From Cirrosporium novae-zelandiae (Eukaryota): a stretch of 64,000 nucleotides of DNA. Each line of letters opens with the position of its first letter. Within the stretch, counting starts at the first letter, position 1. Below the pieces are notes generated by a model that made no database searches, had not been told where the DNA came from, and saw only the letters and a list, made by a program, of their open reading frames with translations. The DNA lies in NCBI GenBank assembly GCA_026023565.1, contig JAPETS010000004.1, positions 434,001-498,000 of the forward strand, read 5' to 3'. The translations under genes and the position numbers were made by a program. This document shows, piece by piece, positions 38,581 through 52,474 of the stretch.

Positions 38581-41500
38581 TCACCGACCTGTCCTTGTCG
38601 AAAGGGCTGCCAACTTCTGCAATGCTGTGAGAACTCCCGATACACCTTGCGTTAACGTTGTCATTGCCTCAGTGTTTCTCGCCCCCACACTGACCGTCGT
38701 CACATCCTGGACCTTCCCCTCTTTGGCAAGGCTATTGGCCCACTTAAATACCACCTCATCCTCTCGGGAGTCACCCGCTACTAACAGGAAGTCTGGTTTC
38801 TGTCCCTCTTCCGACGACTTTCGCTTTCGTAACATTAGGTAAATCTGCATCGCCGCCGTCCCACGATTCCAGTCCAGAGGTTCAACATACACGTCGTTAT
38901 CGATAGCTAAAGCACGTACACGTTGGTTTTCGCAGGCTTCGTTAATGTGACTGGCACATTCCCCAGCCTGACTTGTCGCGTTTTCCTTATCTTCTACATC
39001 ACTGTAGTGAAAGATTAGCGAGCAGTGCCGCTCTTCAATCCAACTACCTTCAGCACGTTCCTGATAGTAATCAAGAATGCCTCGAACACTATCCTTCCAA
39101 TCATCCATTTTTTCTGCATCTGCAAGCTCAATCCAGTCATCTGTGGCATATTCCTTGATAAAACAGCCATTCTCGGCGATTAGGCCAAGATTTGGTACAC
39201 GCCTAAAAAGCATGTCAAGTTCCTCCGGAGTCCTGCCACTGACTACATAGACAATGTTTTTATCATCCTCTAGGATATTGTTCAAGGCATCCAAGGTTCG
39301 TTGCGGGCTAGTTCGGATTGCATTTGTTGGTGGAACAAGAGTACCTTCATAATCCAGTACGAAGAGACGGCTGCTTGCCTTCTTGTATTTCTGGCCCACT
39401 TCATTGACAGAAAAACGAGGGATAGAGATCGGTTCTCTTGCTAGATTTTCATACCAAGCCTTATCCAGCCGTTGAACAAATTTGGTGAACCAGTTCGCTG
39501 CAGTGTTTTGCATCAGGATATCGTGCAACTTCTGCCAGCGCGTCTCTTTCTCTGTGGGGGACATCTCCAACGCAATCCGAATAGCATCTGCACATTGTAG
39601 ATAGTCCCAAGGATTCACTGACAGCTCATTTCCTCCAAAAACCGAAGTGCTTCCCGTGAACTCGCTTAGAATCAGGGAACCGTGCTTGTGTCCTCCAAAT
39701 TTGCCGTCCTGGCAACATATATATTCATGGCTTGTAAGATTCATGCCTTCTCGAAGGCTAGTGACCATCAGTGCATCTGCAACCGACATCAGGGCAAGGT
39801 ATTGTGGAAAATTGATATCTTGTTTGAGAAATACTAGGGGCTGGTGAGCAAGAGTCGAATGAACAGAATTTATCCGTGTTGCAATTTCTGCAATTGTAGC
39901 TTCAAGTTCATCTTGCTCCGTAGTACTCGTAGCTACTTGAATCAAAACCACCTGCACACCTATTAGCAAAGTCTAGGGACATTAGAATCAATTAAGCCTA
40001 CCTTATCACGCAAATCTGCACCATACTTATTCAAAAATAGCTATAACAATTTGTTAGTTGCTGTCTATATGCATAATTTGTCATTACAAACCTCGTAGGC
40101 AAGTAGTTTCTGCCTCACACCTCTGATACTGTCTAACTTGTCCCTGGCAACAATTAATCGTTTATTGGCGTATCTTTCTCTGAGATCGTGCATAATATGT
40201 GCAACTTCGGTATCAGCTCTCTTAGCATCTAATGCTGTGGGATCGATACCAATTGGACATTTGATTACAGCAACAAACCTATCCTCGAGTTGAATACCTT
40301 CTGCTGTTGCCTCGACAAAAAGGATACGATTTGCAGTTTGAAGAAAATGTTGACGGTACTCATCGTTTTGGAACCCAATTAGATTCGCCCCAAGCATCCC
40401 TTCGAGAAGCTCCTTTCGAACAGCGAGACATCGAAAGACTTCAGAGGAGGGGAAGGCCGTGTGTAGAAAGAAGCCGATCTTAGCATCCGGTAATTTTTGG
40501 CGAATCATAGCTGGTACAAGTAGTAAGTGGTAGTCATGAATCCAGATAGTATCACCTCTCTTCCAGTCTTTGATGATAGTATCTGCAAAAGCCTGATTTA
40601 TCTTTACATAAAAGCCCCACGAGTGGTCCTGATAGGCCTTGCTCTTTGGATTGTCGGGAATCTGGTAATGGAATACTGGCCAAAGCATTGTCTTGCAATA
40701 AGCCTATATTTTGTTAACCCCCTCCCACAAATGATTGATTCGAGTCATACGGAGTAGTGTCCATCGAAGTCGTTATCTGAGACAAAGACCGTCAATGCAT
40801 CGAATTCACTCCCAAGCCTATCCGCAATCTCGGTCTTTTTGGCGGCATCTAGGGCATCGGTAGGCATTCCTAATGTTCCAACCTAGGTAAAAAAAATTAG
40901 CTAGGGTCATTAACCCTCTCACTCCCAACGTACCCATGTTTTCTCTGCCAAAGATTCAGCCGCCTCGGCAGCACGGACTGCGTTTGTCAACCCTCCATTC
41001 CCCTGATCAGATGGTTCGACTGTCCATTGCGCTCTTTGAAAGGCTCTATCATAGCTTTCAGCCCTGTCAGTGCTGGACCTGGTCCACCTTGATGGCCTTT
41101 CAGTTGGAGATACATGTTCGTAGCCTTTGGTATGATTTAAGATAGACGCAGGAGGAGGAGAGCTGGCCTGTGCCACCGTTAGCACATATGGTATTTTAAC
41201 AAGCCACTTTATTGAGAGTTGTTTACCCTTGATCTTGGCTGGTTAAAGACTCTACTTGAACCCCATGGGTTTGGGAACGCATCATTGAAGGAGATGGAAT
41301 TCGGATTATGAGAAGTAGATGGCTGGGAGGTTATGCTGGTATCGGGCGTTGGGGGAAACAGCTCATCTTCAGGGTAAATTTTTGGCGATAATGGCGGGGT
41401 TGGACCGGCGATACTCCCAGCGAGACTGCCGGTTGAGTGGTTTTGGGAGCTAAACAAGCTTAGAGAGCCTTGCTTTGCGGATTCTGTAGAGCCGGTGCGA

Positions 41501-41701
41501 CTTGGGGGGTTGGGCCGTGGCTTCTGCTCTTTGGCAGCAGATCTAGGAATGTTGAAGTTGAGGGTATATGGCAGAAAGCTTGAAAAAGCAGAGTCGTCAG
41601 TTTGATATTCATCCCACTTTTAGGTTACCTTCGGATGGAAGAGGGGAATATCACGGCGTGACACTAAGGGAAACTTACAGAGACACCACAAAAATAGTCA
41701 T
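38581..41701 (-). CDS. Trehalose synthase complex regulatory subunit (Tps3/Tsl1/TslA type; GT20 + HAD-like domains), multi-exon
   Basis: Spliced N-terminus MTIFVVSLFLPYT; LWPVFHYQIPD, WIHDYHLLLVP, FFLHTAFPSSE, REGMNL, LSEFTG. The HAD motif reads DYEGTL rather than DYDGTL. Confidence 0.88.
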
Positions 41702-42572
41702 CTTGACAGGTTGTAAAGGACCTCTATAGACTTGGAAAGGTTGAGAAATTAATTAATCGTATGCAAGAAGAAGAAGAAAAAGTAGTTGAAGAGTTTGGGG
41801 CTCGAATGAATTTAGGTTATTGTTGGTGAGAAGTTAGAAGTTCTCAATCAACTGATTATTGTTAGAAATGGGGAGAGAGACTTGGAGATGGACCAACACA
41901 ATAAACCCGGACAATTGGTGCAGGAGGACCTCGGGAATTCTATGGACGATATCCTGGTGTGCCTGGCTTGGAAATAAACGGGTCTCTTTTCATTAATTAG
42001 TTGGATTCGGTTTGGATGTTCTAAGTATTTCTTTCTGACGCAACTGCTTCCTTGATTATTCGCTAGATACCATAGTACTTGGGAATTGGCATCTTTGGAG
42101 CATAAAAACAGAAGAGCTTTTTACTGGCTATTGGAGACAGTCACCGAGACAATTATACATCATCATTACCATTTGTCTAACATAGGGGCATCATGACGTT
42201 CTTTTAGAAAATAGACGGCTTAAAATTGTCACCATTGGCTTGTCCACTCCCTTATCCCTTCGTGCCTAAATCTATCAGCTAGTATTGCTGAACTAAACGA
42301 ATCTATCGAACCATCATAATATGCAATGTTCCCAGACTTCGTTCCTTTTTCCTTTTTTCCCTTTAGACCGTCTAGCTAGCATTATGTTTATTGATATCTG
42401 TGCTACTGAAACCCCAGTCAACAAGGCTCTATACTTTGTGGCAGATTTCGGAAGCAAGAATGATCGGTGATATGTATACAAATGTAAACTCCTTGGCTCG
42501 AATGAGAATCAGGTGGCATGAATGGAGGGTATTAACATCACGAAAGTATTGTCAAGACAAGGACGAATCCGT

Positions 42573-43754
42573 TCAGGTGCTTTTAATCATAAATATCTGA
42601 AGAATTATTAACGTAATGCATCATGAAATCTTATGAGTTTCGCATACCTCTTGTAGTGCTTTTGTATCCATGGAAGCCATGTTCTTTTGCCTAATATATC
42701 GTTGGCGAACCGCAAATATACCCCGAGGCATCCCAGATGATGTAGACGACTCTCTAGATAAACGGCTCCCTGAGTCGACGATGTGTGATGTGAGCTTCTT
42801 CCTAGTAAAATCGATACCAGCCCTCTTCTCCTCGCTGGAATCGGATTCTATTATGGAGTTTACAGTCCTTGCGGCTTCCTTTTCTTTCTCTACCCGTTTT
42901 CGTAGTTTCTTTAATCTCCGTTCCCCCTTGCGCTTTTTCTTCTCTGCTCTCTCTAAGCGACGTTTTTCCTTGTTTGAAGTGCCAGAGTCTCTCTCTGTTG
43001 TATCGGCAGATGAGTATTCTGCTTTATTTATCCGCCCCAGTTGCTGTTTCGCTTCTTTGCGGTTCTTCTTTGCTGCCTTCTCTAGCCGACGTTGTTTTTT
43101 TTCTACCTTCTTAGCCGTCTTCCTCTTAAGCTCTTTGAATTCTTTTTTATCTCTAGAAATTTCCGTACTACCTGGAGCTGCAACACACATTTTGACCTGC
43201 TTTTCCGAAACTACAGTCTTGTCTTGGCCCTCATTCTCACAACTTGAGGCTTCTGGATCATTTTTCCTAGTATGTAAATTCTGCAGATCGTCTGAGACTA
43301 GAACTCCTCCCCGAACGAAGTTGATAGTTGCCCATCGGCTCTGAAGATAGAGCGCACATTTATGTCCTGCTTGAATCCTCTCGAGTTTCGCTAGTTCTTC
43401 ATCGCTTTTGCCATTCAATCTACCCAGAAGTCCTTGAAATGCGTCAAGGCCAGTGACTTCGTTCTCACGGCGGAGCTTAGCACCAAGCCCTAAATTATCA
43501 TCTTTTAATGTAATGCGTATAGGAGCTGCATTTGCAGCAGTGTAATGATCGGCATGTGGTGCATCACGAGGGCCTAAGAAGGTACCAGGACTCCATCCTT
43601 GTGAAGTCAATATTTTATGGCCGAAGCTCGTTGTCGACGAGGTCCATTTGATGTTATTTAGGTCTTGGGTTAATTTTGTGCGCCTTAAAACATTAGATGA
43701 GTAAAATTGATCAAAGTTTAAGAAGACTTACTCTCGAGGCGCTGCAAGTCCCAT
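42573..43754 (-). CDS. PXR1: G-patch nucleolar protein Pxr1/PINX1, two introns
   Basis: MGLAAPR start; FGHKILTSQGWSPGTFLG...KDDNLGLGA G-patch; GLDAFQGLLGRLNGK; Lys/Glu-rich tail ending ALQEIFMIKST. Confidence 0.92.
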
Positions 43755-44309
43755 CCTATGTTGACATTAAGAATTATTTCAAGGTGCTGACTGAGTGCTA
43801 TAGTATAGAAAATTGAATAGTTTTTGGCTCGCACGGCTGGATGAGAGATCCTGGCGGGGCAACATTGTTCCAAGCACTATTCTAAAAATTAAAAAACTAA
43901 AGCGACCAAAAACTTCGATAATATCCTTAGTGTGTAATTACTTTTAGTATTATATATTATCATACTTATTTCATGCAAAACAATTCATCTTTAAATTAAG
44001 GAGAGAAGCGAAATTCCCAGCAGACCCAAGACGATCCTCGAATAGAAGTTCCTTTCACTCCTCACCTACCAATTCCCTCGGACAAGGAGTGAGAATCAAT
44101 GCTATATTAAAACGAATCCTGATTCAAGAAAAGAACACTTGAATATCTTTCAGATTGATTTTGGTTAAAAAAATAGAATTTCTTTGAAGATAAAAGTTGT
44201 TATCCCTATAAAAACTAAAGGATGGAAGGACGATTGGTTCAAGATATTGGGTTGAGATCAGGACGTCTTTCATATCGAAGGAGTTGCACTGTTCTAGTAT
44301 GTGGTCTTA

Positions 44310-46916
44310 TTATTTCTTTTTGGAGGCACGCTCGCTAGCAGGAGACTTGGATGCACTTCTCTTTTGTCGAGTTACTTTCCAAGCGCGTTTTCTTCGTTCA
44401 CGTATGTGATCTTCCGGATTTACAACGTTTCCATCCTTAATACCTTCAGCAGCCCTGTCTAGAGCATTCCCTATATGAAAGTCAGCTGATCTAACCTAAA
44501 ATACAAAAAATAACATTAAGAGATACCTACAGAACTTTCTAGTTGGAAGGGCATTGCCATTTTCCGGTGTCGATTCGACAACCGGCAGAGCAAATGTTGG
44601 CAAATTGACCGGTAGGTCATATTTTTTATCTTCTTTTAGAAGTCCTATTTATGTTAATTAGTGACGGCCGGCACCAACCAAACTGGATAGTATGTCTTTA
44701 CCATTTGCAAGATCTCTCTGTATCTGTTTGTTTAGTACCCTCCTCATCATCTCCGTCTCCCCGAGAATGAAAGACAGATCACCCTTTTGATAAACCTCCT
44801 TCGGGTCCTTTGGATCTTGTATAGTTAACGCGTCCCTTACTGGATCGAAATTCCTAATTATCGCCGGTATACGATTTCCACTTCCAATGGGGGGCATTTT
44901 CGCTACGGCTTCCTCTGTAGACGACAATCGCCCTCTAGCATTTTCTGTAGGTTTTGCAGAGGTCGCATGCGCGGCTTCTTCGACAAGTTCCTTTTGCTGT
45001 GTTCCTATAATTTCGTCATTCGCTATCATCAGCGGTTCCTCCTTGTTTTGAGAATACGTGCTCCATTTATCTATTGAAAAGAGCTTCTCGTTTGTTTTCC
45101 CGCTGACCATAGACCAAAGCTTATGCAGGTCATACTTCTCAGTGCGATTCTGAAGGTATTCTAATAGAACCTGTTCTGAAATGATATCTAGGGTATTTCT
45201 CGTCCCCTTGTCACCTTCAGTGTGGAAGCCTTCTAACATTTTTAGTAATCTTTCATCCTGTAACGTTTCATAGAATTTCTTCTCCTGCTCCTCTATCTCT
45301 GCCTTCTCCTTGTTATTGTGAATTCGCCCACCTTCTTTATACTCACCCTTATCTAACCGTTCGAGGCACTGTACGATATAAATATACAGTTTTTTAGGGA
45401 GATCCCGATATTCTCGTTTGTGTTTCAATGCCCTTTGATCCCTCTTCGCAACAACGGCAGCAAGATTCTTCTTGTTCTCTTCCGTCCATGAAGTGAAATC
45501 ATCTTTACTGGACTCATCTCCAGCTTGATTATAATATTGGCGCACTTTCTCAAGTCTCTGCCAGATTGGATTAGACTCCATAAGCGCATTGCCATCCCAA
45601 TCTGGGATTGTTTCATCGAAAACAACTTGATGGGCGTCTTCGGGCTTAGCCAGAAGAAGTCTAAATGCACATTCCAGCAAGGCAATGGCATACCTACATA
45701 AAGACTTGCACTGCCATTCACCTATGTGTGGGAGGATTGTTGGAGGCACGAATGGCTCATGTAGCCTTAAATGTTTATTATAAAGTTTCGTCCACATAAA
45801 TGCAGTGTCTTGCACACGATTTTTTCCCGACAGACCCAAAGCCATTGCCGGCTCAGGGACGACCAGTTGATCGGGCGGAAAGATAGCAACTCGAGGTGCC
45901 CATCCATCCTTGAAATGTTGCTCCTCATTCCTAGCAAGCGTTTTCAAGGCGATTTCCAGGGCAGCACGCCTTCCACCCCTCTTTCTTGCTCGGTTTTCGA
46001 AGGTAGGCGCCTGTATAGTTATTTTCTGCTTGACCTTCACCCCCTCGCTATTTTCCACATCAAGCTCGACCTCCTTCTCAAAAGATTGCTCCTCATTCAG
46101 ATCTTCATTCACAATCCAGGAGTGCGCTTTAACTTCTAGGTACCCTCGCATTTCTGCCTGTTGAACTATGTTATTCCCAAGTCTACCCTCCCGGAGTTTC
46201 GAATGGAATAACCCAAGCTGAGCATCTCGATCAAAAGTAAAAGGGGCGGTCCTCGGCCGCTTCAGTTTCTCTTCCAGCTCTTGTTGAGCACGCTTGTCCG
46301 AAGGTGGTAATCGTGTCTCATAAAACGGCATAAACGCCTCGGGGTGCTGTGGAACTCTGCCCTCTGTTTCATCAACCCGGTTCTGATGTACCATGAGCAT
46401 ATCCGCTATCTTGTTGAAGATAGGGTTATACTCATTTTCCACGGTATGAGGCTCAGCAGCATCTTTCTCCTTGATTTCTTTCTCGTTTATGAGCACCTGT
46501 TCCCCGATCGCTTTTATGCATGGCTTGAAGCCCAAACTAAATCGTGGGTCTTCGTCAGAAAGGTAATTCATAGCACATTTTCTGAGTATCTCGACATCAT
46601 TAAAGTGACCCTTGACGAATAATCCGAGATTTTTCTTAGTTAGTTTGTCAGCCCCCTCTCTAAATATAATGTCTCCTTTAGAATTTTTTTGACCAAAGAT
46701 CCCCCTGCCGCAATATTATTTTTCTGTAATCAAGCAGGCACGCATACAGTATACTAACCTGCTTAGTTTTGTGCCATCAACGTCCATTTTGTCCTTAGTA
46801 TCATCCGCTAAGCTGCTTTGACCAACCATATTGTTATTACGGTCGATGTTCTCGCATCCATAATCTTCGTTGTTGGAGGCTAGTTCACCAGACGCATTGG
46901 AAATAGGTTTCGACAT
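44310..46916 (-). CDS. Uncharacterised ~811-aa charged protein (introns 46758-46705, 44701-44645, 44530-44471)
   Basis: The 637-aa ORF extends in frame through three canonical introns to ATG 46916 and TAA 44312-44310. No domain recognised; basic C-terminus (RERRKRAWK...SKKK). Confidence 0.75.
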
Positions 46917-47724
46917 TCTCTACTTCAGGCGCTCGGTTAAAGGGGTAAATTTTTGATATTGACAAGCAAAGTAGAAAAAGTTATCTGTTTTAGGCATTCG
47001 CAAATGGACATTTCTTATGGAAATGGTTGTTACTAGAGATTTATCGCTATGTATCAACTGATTTGCTTGGTGTTAACAAAGGAATGTTCGCAGCTTGTTC
47101 CTAGGAATGCTAAAACCGTCCATCTCCATTGTCTTCAACGCATCAGGAAAATAAAATAATTCGAGAACAAGACATCTAGCGCCTGATATTTTAAGACCAA
47201 TGAGATATAAAAGGCTCTAGGTAGGGCTATCTGCCTTCATGTGAGATATATGCCAATGCCAGCTGGTGAGTCGCATCAGGGTTCGTCTATGTATACGAAA
47301 GTGATTACTGAGAGGAGCAGCTGGTGGTTAGGGTTTCCAGCTCAGACATCACACTAGTACACTCGAAAACGACAAGCTTTTTTAACATATAATACAAATT
47401 TAAACCGTCTTGGAGCACGAAAAAGGAAATTCGTTGTCGAAAGGTCAACGTTGCCGCACTCGGCAACATTTAATTTTCACACAATGAATAGTCAAAGAAA
47501 GAACTGAAAACGTCTGGTCGAAAATATCTGAATGGAAACGATTCTTTGTTTTAAATACAATTACCCATCGAGAGCTATGGCGAACAAGACTCATAAGAAG
47601 GTGCTTGCTTTAGCCTGGATGAAGTTGTCCAAATTCTTTGAAGCTTCCTCCATGTGTGAACATCATTTCTATATATTGGTTGCTATACAATTTTCAATAG
47701 AATTTTCCAAAGACTACATTAATC

Positions 47725-49782
47725 ATGGTGGCCACACGCAAAACGACCACAGCTTTAGTAGAGGGAGGCACAACGTCCTCAAGACTTGATACACCCAAGA
47801 GATCAACTACTAAAACAACAAAAACCAACAAGGTAACAAAACCTAAAAAATCAACAATAACCGGCCCAGGAAGAAAACTTGGAACTACGCCCGAACCAGA
47901 GAGGACGAAGACAACGACCGTCTCCTCCTCATCCAGGAAGGAGAAGCCCCCAAGCTCCAAGACCAAAGGAGAACAGTCCCGTTCAGTGCATTGGAAGAAT
48001 GCTGTCGAAATGGCAGAGAGCCTGAAATCGACAGAGCGCGAGAAATTGGACATGAATACATTTCCGGTTTTGGTTCACAAGAATCTCCCAGATCCAAAGT
48101 ATGATTTTAGGGGCAAAGAAGCCGGTTCCCGTTATTGGTCTAGGCAGGTTTTTGGGGTACAGGAGACTAAAACCAAAAGGTAAGTACCTACATGGTTACA
48201 ATATTCTTTAAATGTTTTGATTGACATTGTTGATCGTTGTAGTCCGCTTGAACAAGCCCAGGACGAGGTCAAGCAATGGGAGAAGATCCTCATCGAGAAT
48301 AAGATGTACTTACCACAAGCTGTTCCACATGTCGAGAAGATGCTCGAAAGAGCCGAAGGGAAGTTAGAGGAGGTAAAGAAAGATAAAAAGGCTAAGGTGA
48401 AAAAATCGTAAGTCGAAGCTGTTATACATTCAAGTTGAACGCAGCGTTAATTAATTATTAGGCCATCAGAAGTCGCGAAAGAGGCGATTGATGCGCGCTT
48501 AAAAGTATTACATCATGCTGTCAAGGCTGTAGGGAACCCAGAGGGAAGAAAAAATATCAAATGCGCTATCGAGGCTTATCAATCTGGCGAAATCGAATAC
48601 TCCAAGCAATACACTCTTATCTGGGCTGGAAAAATAGTCGATCGTGCCGATACTTACGGAGATTTTGTTCGGGATCGCCACGAACGCCTAGATCGTTATG
48701 AAAAGGAGTATGGTGCGCACTGGCTCTGGTGGGAACCTCCTCTAGACGTGCAGCCCGAAGCCCGCCCGAAGGCTATGAGGTCTTTGGAAATTGAAAGGAC
48801 GCAGGCTCCCAATACGTTCGGCCTATATTATATAAACTTAGGATTTAAACGTCTAGAGGGCTGGGTCACTCGCTTTGCCGTGAGCAATAGAGATCCTCGG
48901 CTGCAGATGGAGACGCCCGCCGCCGTCACTGCCGCCACTAGACCCTCTACAACGGCCAACACTAGTCTACCTTCAATTCCGCTAAGCGGCTCATGGACTC
49001 AAGAAGAGACAGATAGATTGACAGCACTTTTTGGGGACAACCGTCAACAAGTATACGTGGACGGTAATGGTCCACGATTGACTTTCACAACTCTACTTGA
49101 CAGTGGAGCGACGTTTCCTTTTCTCAATTACGAAGACATGATGGCGCTGGGAATCGATATTTTCATGGACTGTCCACAAAGTTATGCTGAGGTTGAAACA
49201 AGCAACGGTCTTGCGAACAGACCACTTTATGAATTAATGGTCGAGGTTCTTGACAACTATGGTAATTCCTTAACTGGGATTTTGCCGAGACATCCTGGCT
49301 CTGGGCACTATATTGGGGGTGTAACACCAGTTTACGTTCCTGATACATTCGCCAAGAAACCGTTAATACCCTCGGAACTTCCATATGTTACGCGACTATC
49401 TGGAATTCTTCCCTTCCTTGCGCCATACATCACCTCGGTTCCAGCGAAGAATCTGCTCATAATGGGCGAGGATAGGTGTGACGTGACGGGTTTGCACCGC
49501 TTTCCTCCATGCAGCCGTTGGGTGACTGGCTACCCTGATGCCCCAGAGGACCGTTCATCCTGGCTACAATACGACAATCCCAAAATCACATTTTCGCATC
49601 GGAATGATGACATTCGCGACGAGGATATTGCGGATGGGGTCACACTATACAAGATGTATCCTGGAACATCCCGAGAGGAGATATTCTACAAAATAGATAC
49701 TCGACAAGCTTGGATCGATGAATTGAATAACTCCGCGGTAGGCAACTTAAATCCAGATCCTACAGCTTCAATGACTGGATAG
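47725..49782 (+). CDS. Uncharacterised ~646-aa protein with a retropepsin-like (clan AA) aspartic protease motif (introns 48180-48242, 48408-48461)
   Basis: Three ORFs join in frame. Thr/Lys-rich N-terminus; TTLLDSGATFPFL (DSGA at 49099-49110); flap-like VETSNG. Confidence 0.75.
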
Positions 49783-50489
49783 GATGAAACTTCTAATATT
49801 ATAGATCCTGCACCCTAGGAGATATGCCTTGGAGTGGAACTGGTTCGTTTGTATTCTGTGTATCCGGACATGACTACAAGCATGATAAGTGAGATCTTTC
49901 GTATTTAGGTACACTCGCGGATAGAAATTGTTTCTTAGCCTAGCTTTTTATCTTGGCGTTTAACTATAGTATGGCGTACATGGGCGTAGTAATATAAGTC
50001 GTACATCCTTAACTAATATATAACGTCTCCAAGTTGTTGCAAGTTATGACAATTCGTGAACCGGTAGACTAGAAGAAGCTATTGTGAATTAGTATTAAGA
50101 CTATGAGGCACCGAGTGCGGAAGTAGTTATTAATCCGCTAGTTAATTATTAGCAAGTCTATATAATTAGGGAATGAGAAGCTACCTAATAAATCATTGAA
50201 CTAAGGGTGGTTTTTGCTAAGCGAAGCTAGAATATAAAATAAGATATGTATGGAATAACTTAAGCTTTATGCTAAGAAGATACCTTAAGTAAATGGCAAC
50301 AAGTTAGTCTACTCTAGTATGAGTTATAGCAAACAAGTACAACAATGGATATTTTTTAAAAACGTATATTTAATGATCCCGACATCTTCAAGACGTTCTT
50401 TTATGATGTTCCCTTACTCTGATTTTTACTGTCTATCTCATCTCATATTACATAGTGGACGTTTTAGGAATAGATCTAATTCTGCTACT

Positions 50490-51677
50490 CGATATCATCC
50501 TCAAGTCCCATCTTCTCTTGCCAAGAACGCTGGACATCTAGTCGTCCTTGCCTAAGTCAATTACTGTCTAGGTGTATTCGAATCTTGCCTCAGAGTACGA
50601 TTCAACAACTTTAAAATCTTCACGACCTAACCAACCGCCCGACTATTTCGGCAACTTCGGCTTAGTAGATCAACGCAACGCCTTCGAATAGGTTCAAAAA
50701 CCATGTCTAGGATTTCGGAGGCGATCCTTCTAATATCACCACGTTTGGGGTCAGTTCTAGAAGTGGGAGTCTCCATCTTCACATCCTGCCTGGAATGCCT
50801 TTTTTCGGTGGCGCAATTCCCATGTATAGCTCCGCACCGGCTATGGGTCCTTGCCCTCAGAGTACCTCGAGCCTAGATGGACGGACCCTTTGAAAGAATT
50901 CTGGGGTTTTAGCGGAGACGTGTGAAAAGAGATTAGAGAAATTGCGCTCGTTGTCGCCGGGGGAGTTGATGCAGAAGTATGGGTCAAATGCTACCCTACC
51001 CCCTATTTCTGACGGGAAGTTGTTACCAACTTCATAGCGTCCTGGGGAATTGCATCCAAATTCTCGTTGTAAGGATATCATTATCGGAAACACCCGGGTA
51101 GAAGCAATTATCTTTGATAGCCTATCTCGCTATCTCCCACAAAAACGCTTTCATGAAAAAAGTTATCGCTGCGTTTGCAAGGGCCTCGGATGCTGACCTA
51201 TTTTGCAAATATTTCGGTTATACTCTCTCAGAAAAGCTGCCCTATGAAACGTATAGAGATGCAATGCGCTTCTTCCTTTCTGTAGGCATGTTTCATTTCC
51301 TAGGCCTCAGGGTTGCGGGGTCGTACGGAGGAAATGCCTACCTATATCACTTTGAAGAACCATCGCTATATGCGGGATCAACTCAAGGACTTTCGGTCCA
51401 TGGTAAATGCATCGTCTTTCCGTACATACAGTAATGAGAGAAAAGTTTGGCCTGAGTCTGCTCAGAGAATCTCTCTAGAGATGGCGAATATATGGACTGC
51501 TTTGGGAATGAACCCTGGGAGGCTCATCTAGGTGCTAAACGGTTTATGCGATTTGGACCATTCGGAGAATGCGGTATGAGAAATTTTGAGGATGATGAGA
51601 CGAGAGGCTATGGGTATTTGAACTGGTTGAGGGGGCATTTTGAAGAGGAAAAGGCTCTTATGCAAAGCTTAATGTAG
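50490..51677 (+). pseudogene. Type-B carboxylesterase pseudogene
   Basis: Disrupted motifs: VVLA*VNYCLGVF, FGNFGLVDQRNAFE*VQ, HV*DFGGDPSNITTFGVSS, AYLYHFEEPS. Several stops and frameshifts; the 5' part merges into AT-rich sequence. Confidence 0.8.
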
Positions 51678-52474
51678 ATGAATTGTACTAAATTATAGAA
51701 AGTAGGCTCAGAACAGGATATATATTATTTGATCGGAGTAGAGAGCAACCTCTGAATAACGCCGACCAATCCATATAGTTCGACGCCAAACCTATATTCT
51801 ATATCAGCTCATTTCCCTATGAAAGCTATAAAGCTGCACAAGGATGTAGATATTGGATTTGCTCTCCTTATCCTCCGTATCAAAGTATTGCCGAGTGATA
51901 ATAGAAAATGGGAGGTCCATTTTCTGCTTCCCAAAAAGTAATAGGGATAATTGGACACAACGAGTCTGGGAATGATGGCTTGACGCTTCTTTTTTTTGGT
52001 GTTCATAGAGCATGGTCTCCTAGGTCTTACAGTTTTGGCAACCAAGTAGCTGGCCCCCGAAAGCAGCGATCCAATTCCCCCCAAGCTGTAGTGAATTTGC
52101 CGTTTGGTGGTTTAATAGAGTAGATTCACCTAGTAATTATTAGGTGAATCATGGAATGCATAGACCGGGAAAGCTCTTTGTTGGTCACTCCCACTCTTGC
52201 CAATCCGGCGGTAAAATCCCCCATTGATACCCCATTCTTATCGGTCTTGGGCTACAGGAGCACTTATTCACTGCGATCATCACCGCCACCCTATCTTGTC
52301 CCACCACTGTCAATCTACCCGCATGAAGTTTTAGTTGGACTAATATACATTTACACATCCTATCATGGAGTTTTTATATTTACCTTCAATCGTGCTGATA
52401 CATAAGTCTTTTCTGGCAATTGCTGAGTGTACAGATTCGCTTTGTTGTCTCGGTCCACGGGTACAACTGCAGCC

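Noticed and set aside
42670..43344. 224-aa plus-strand ORF, and similar antisense ORFs such as 62634-63284, 13701-14252 and 6116-6580
   Set aside because: Shadow ORFs opposite well-supported genes, with no motifs of their own.
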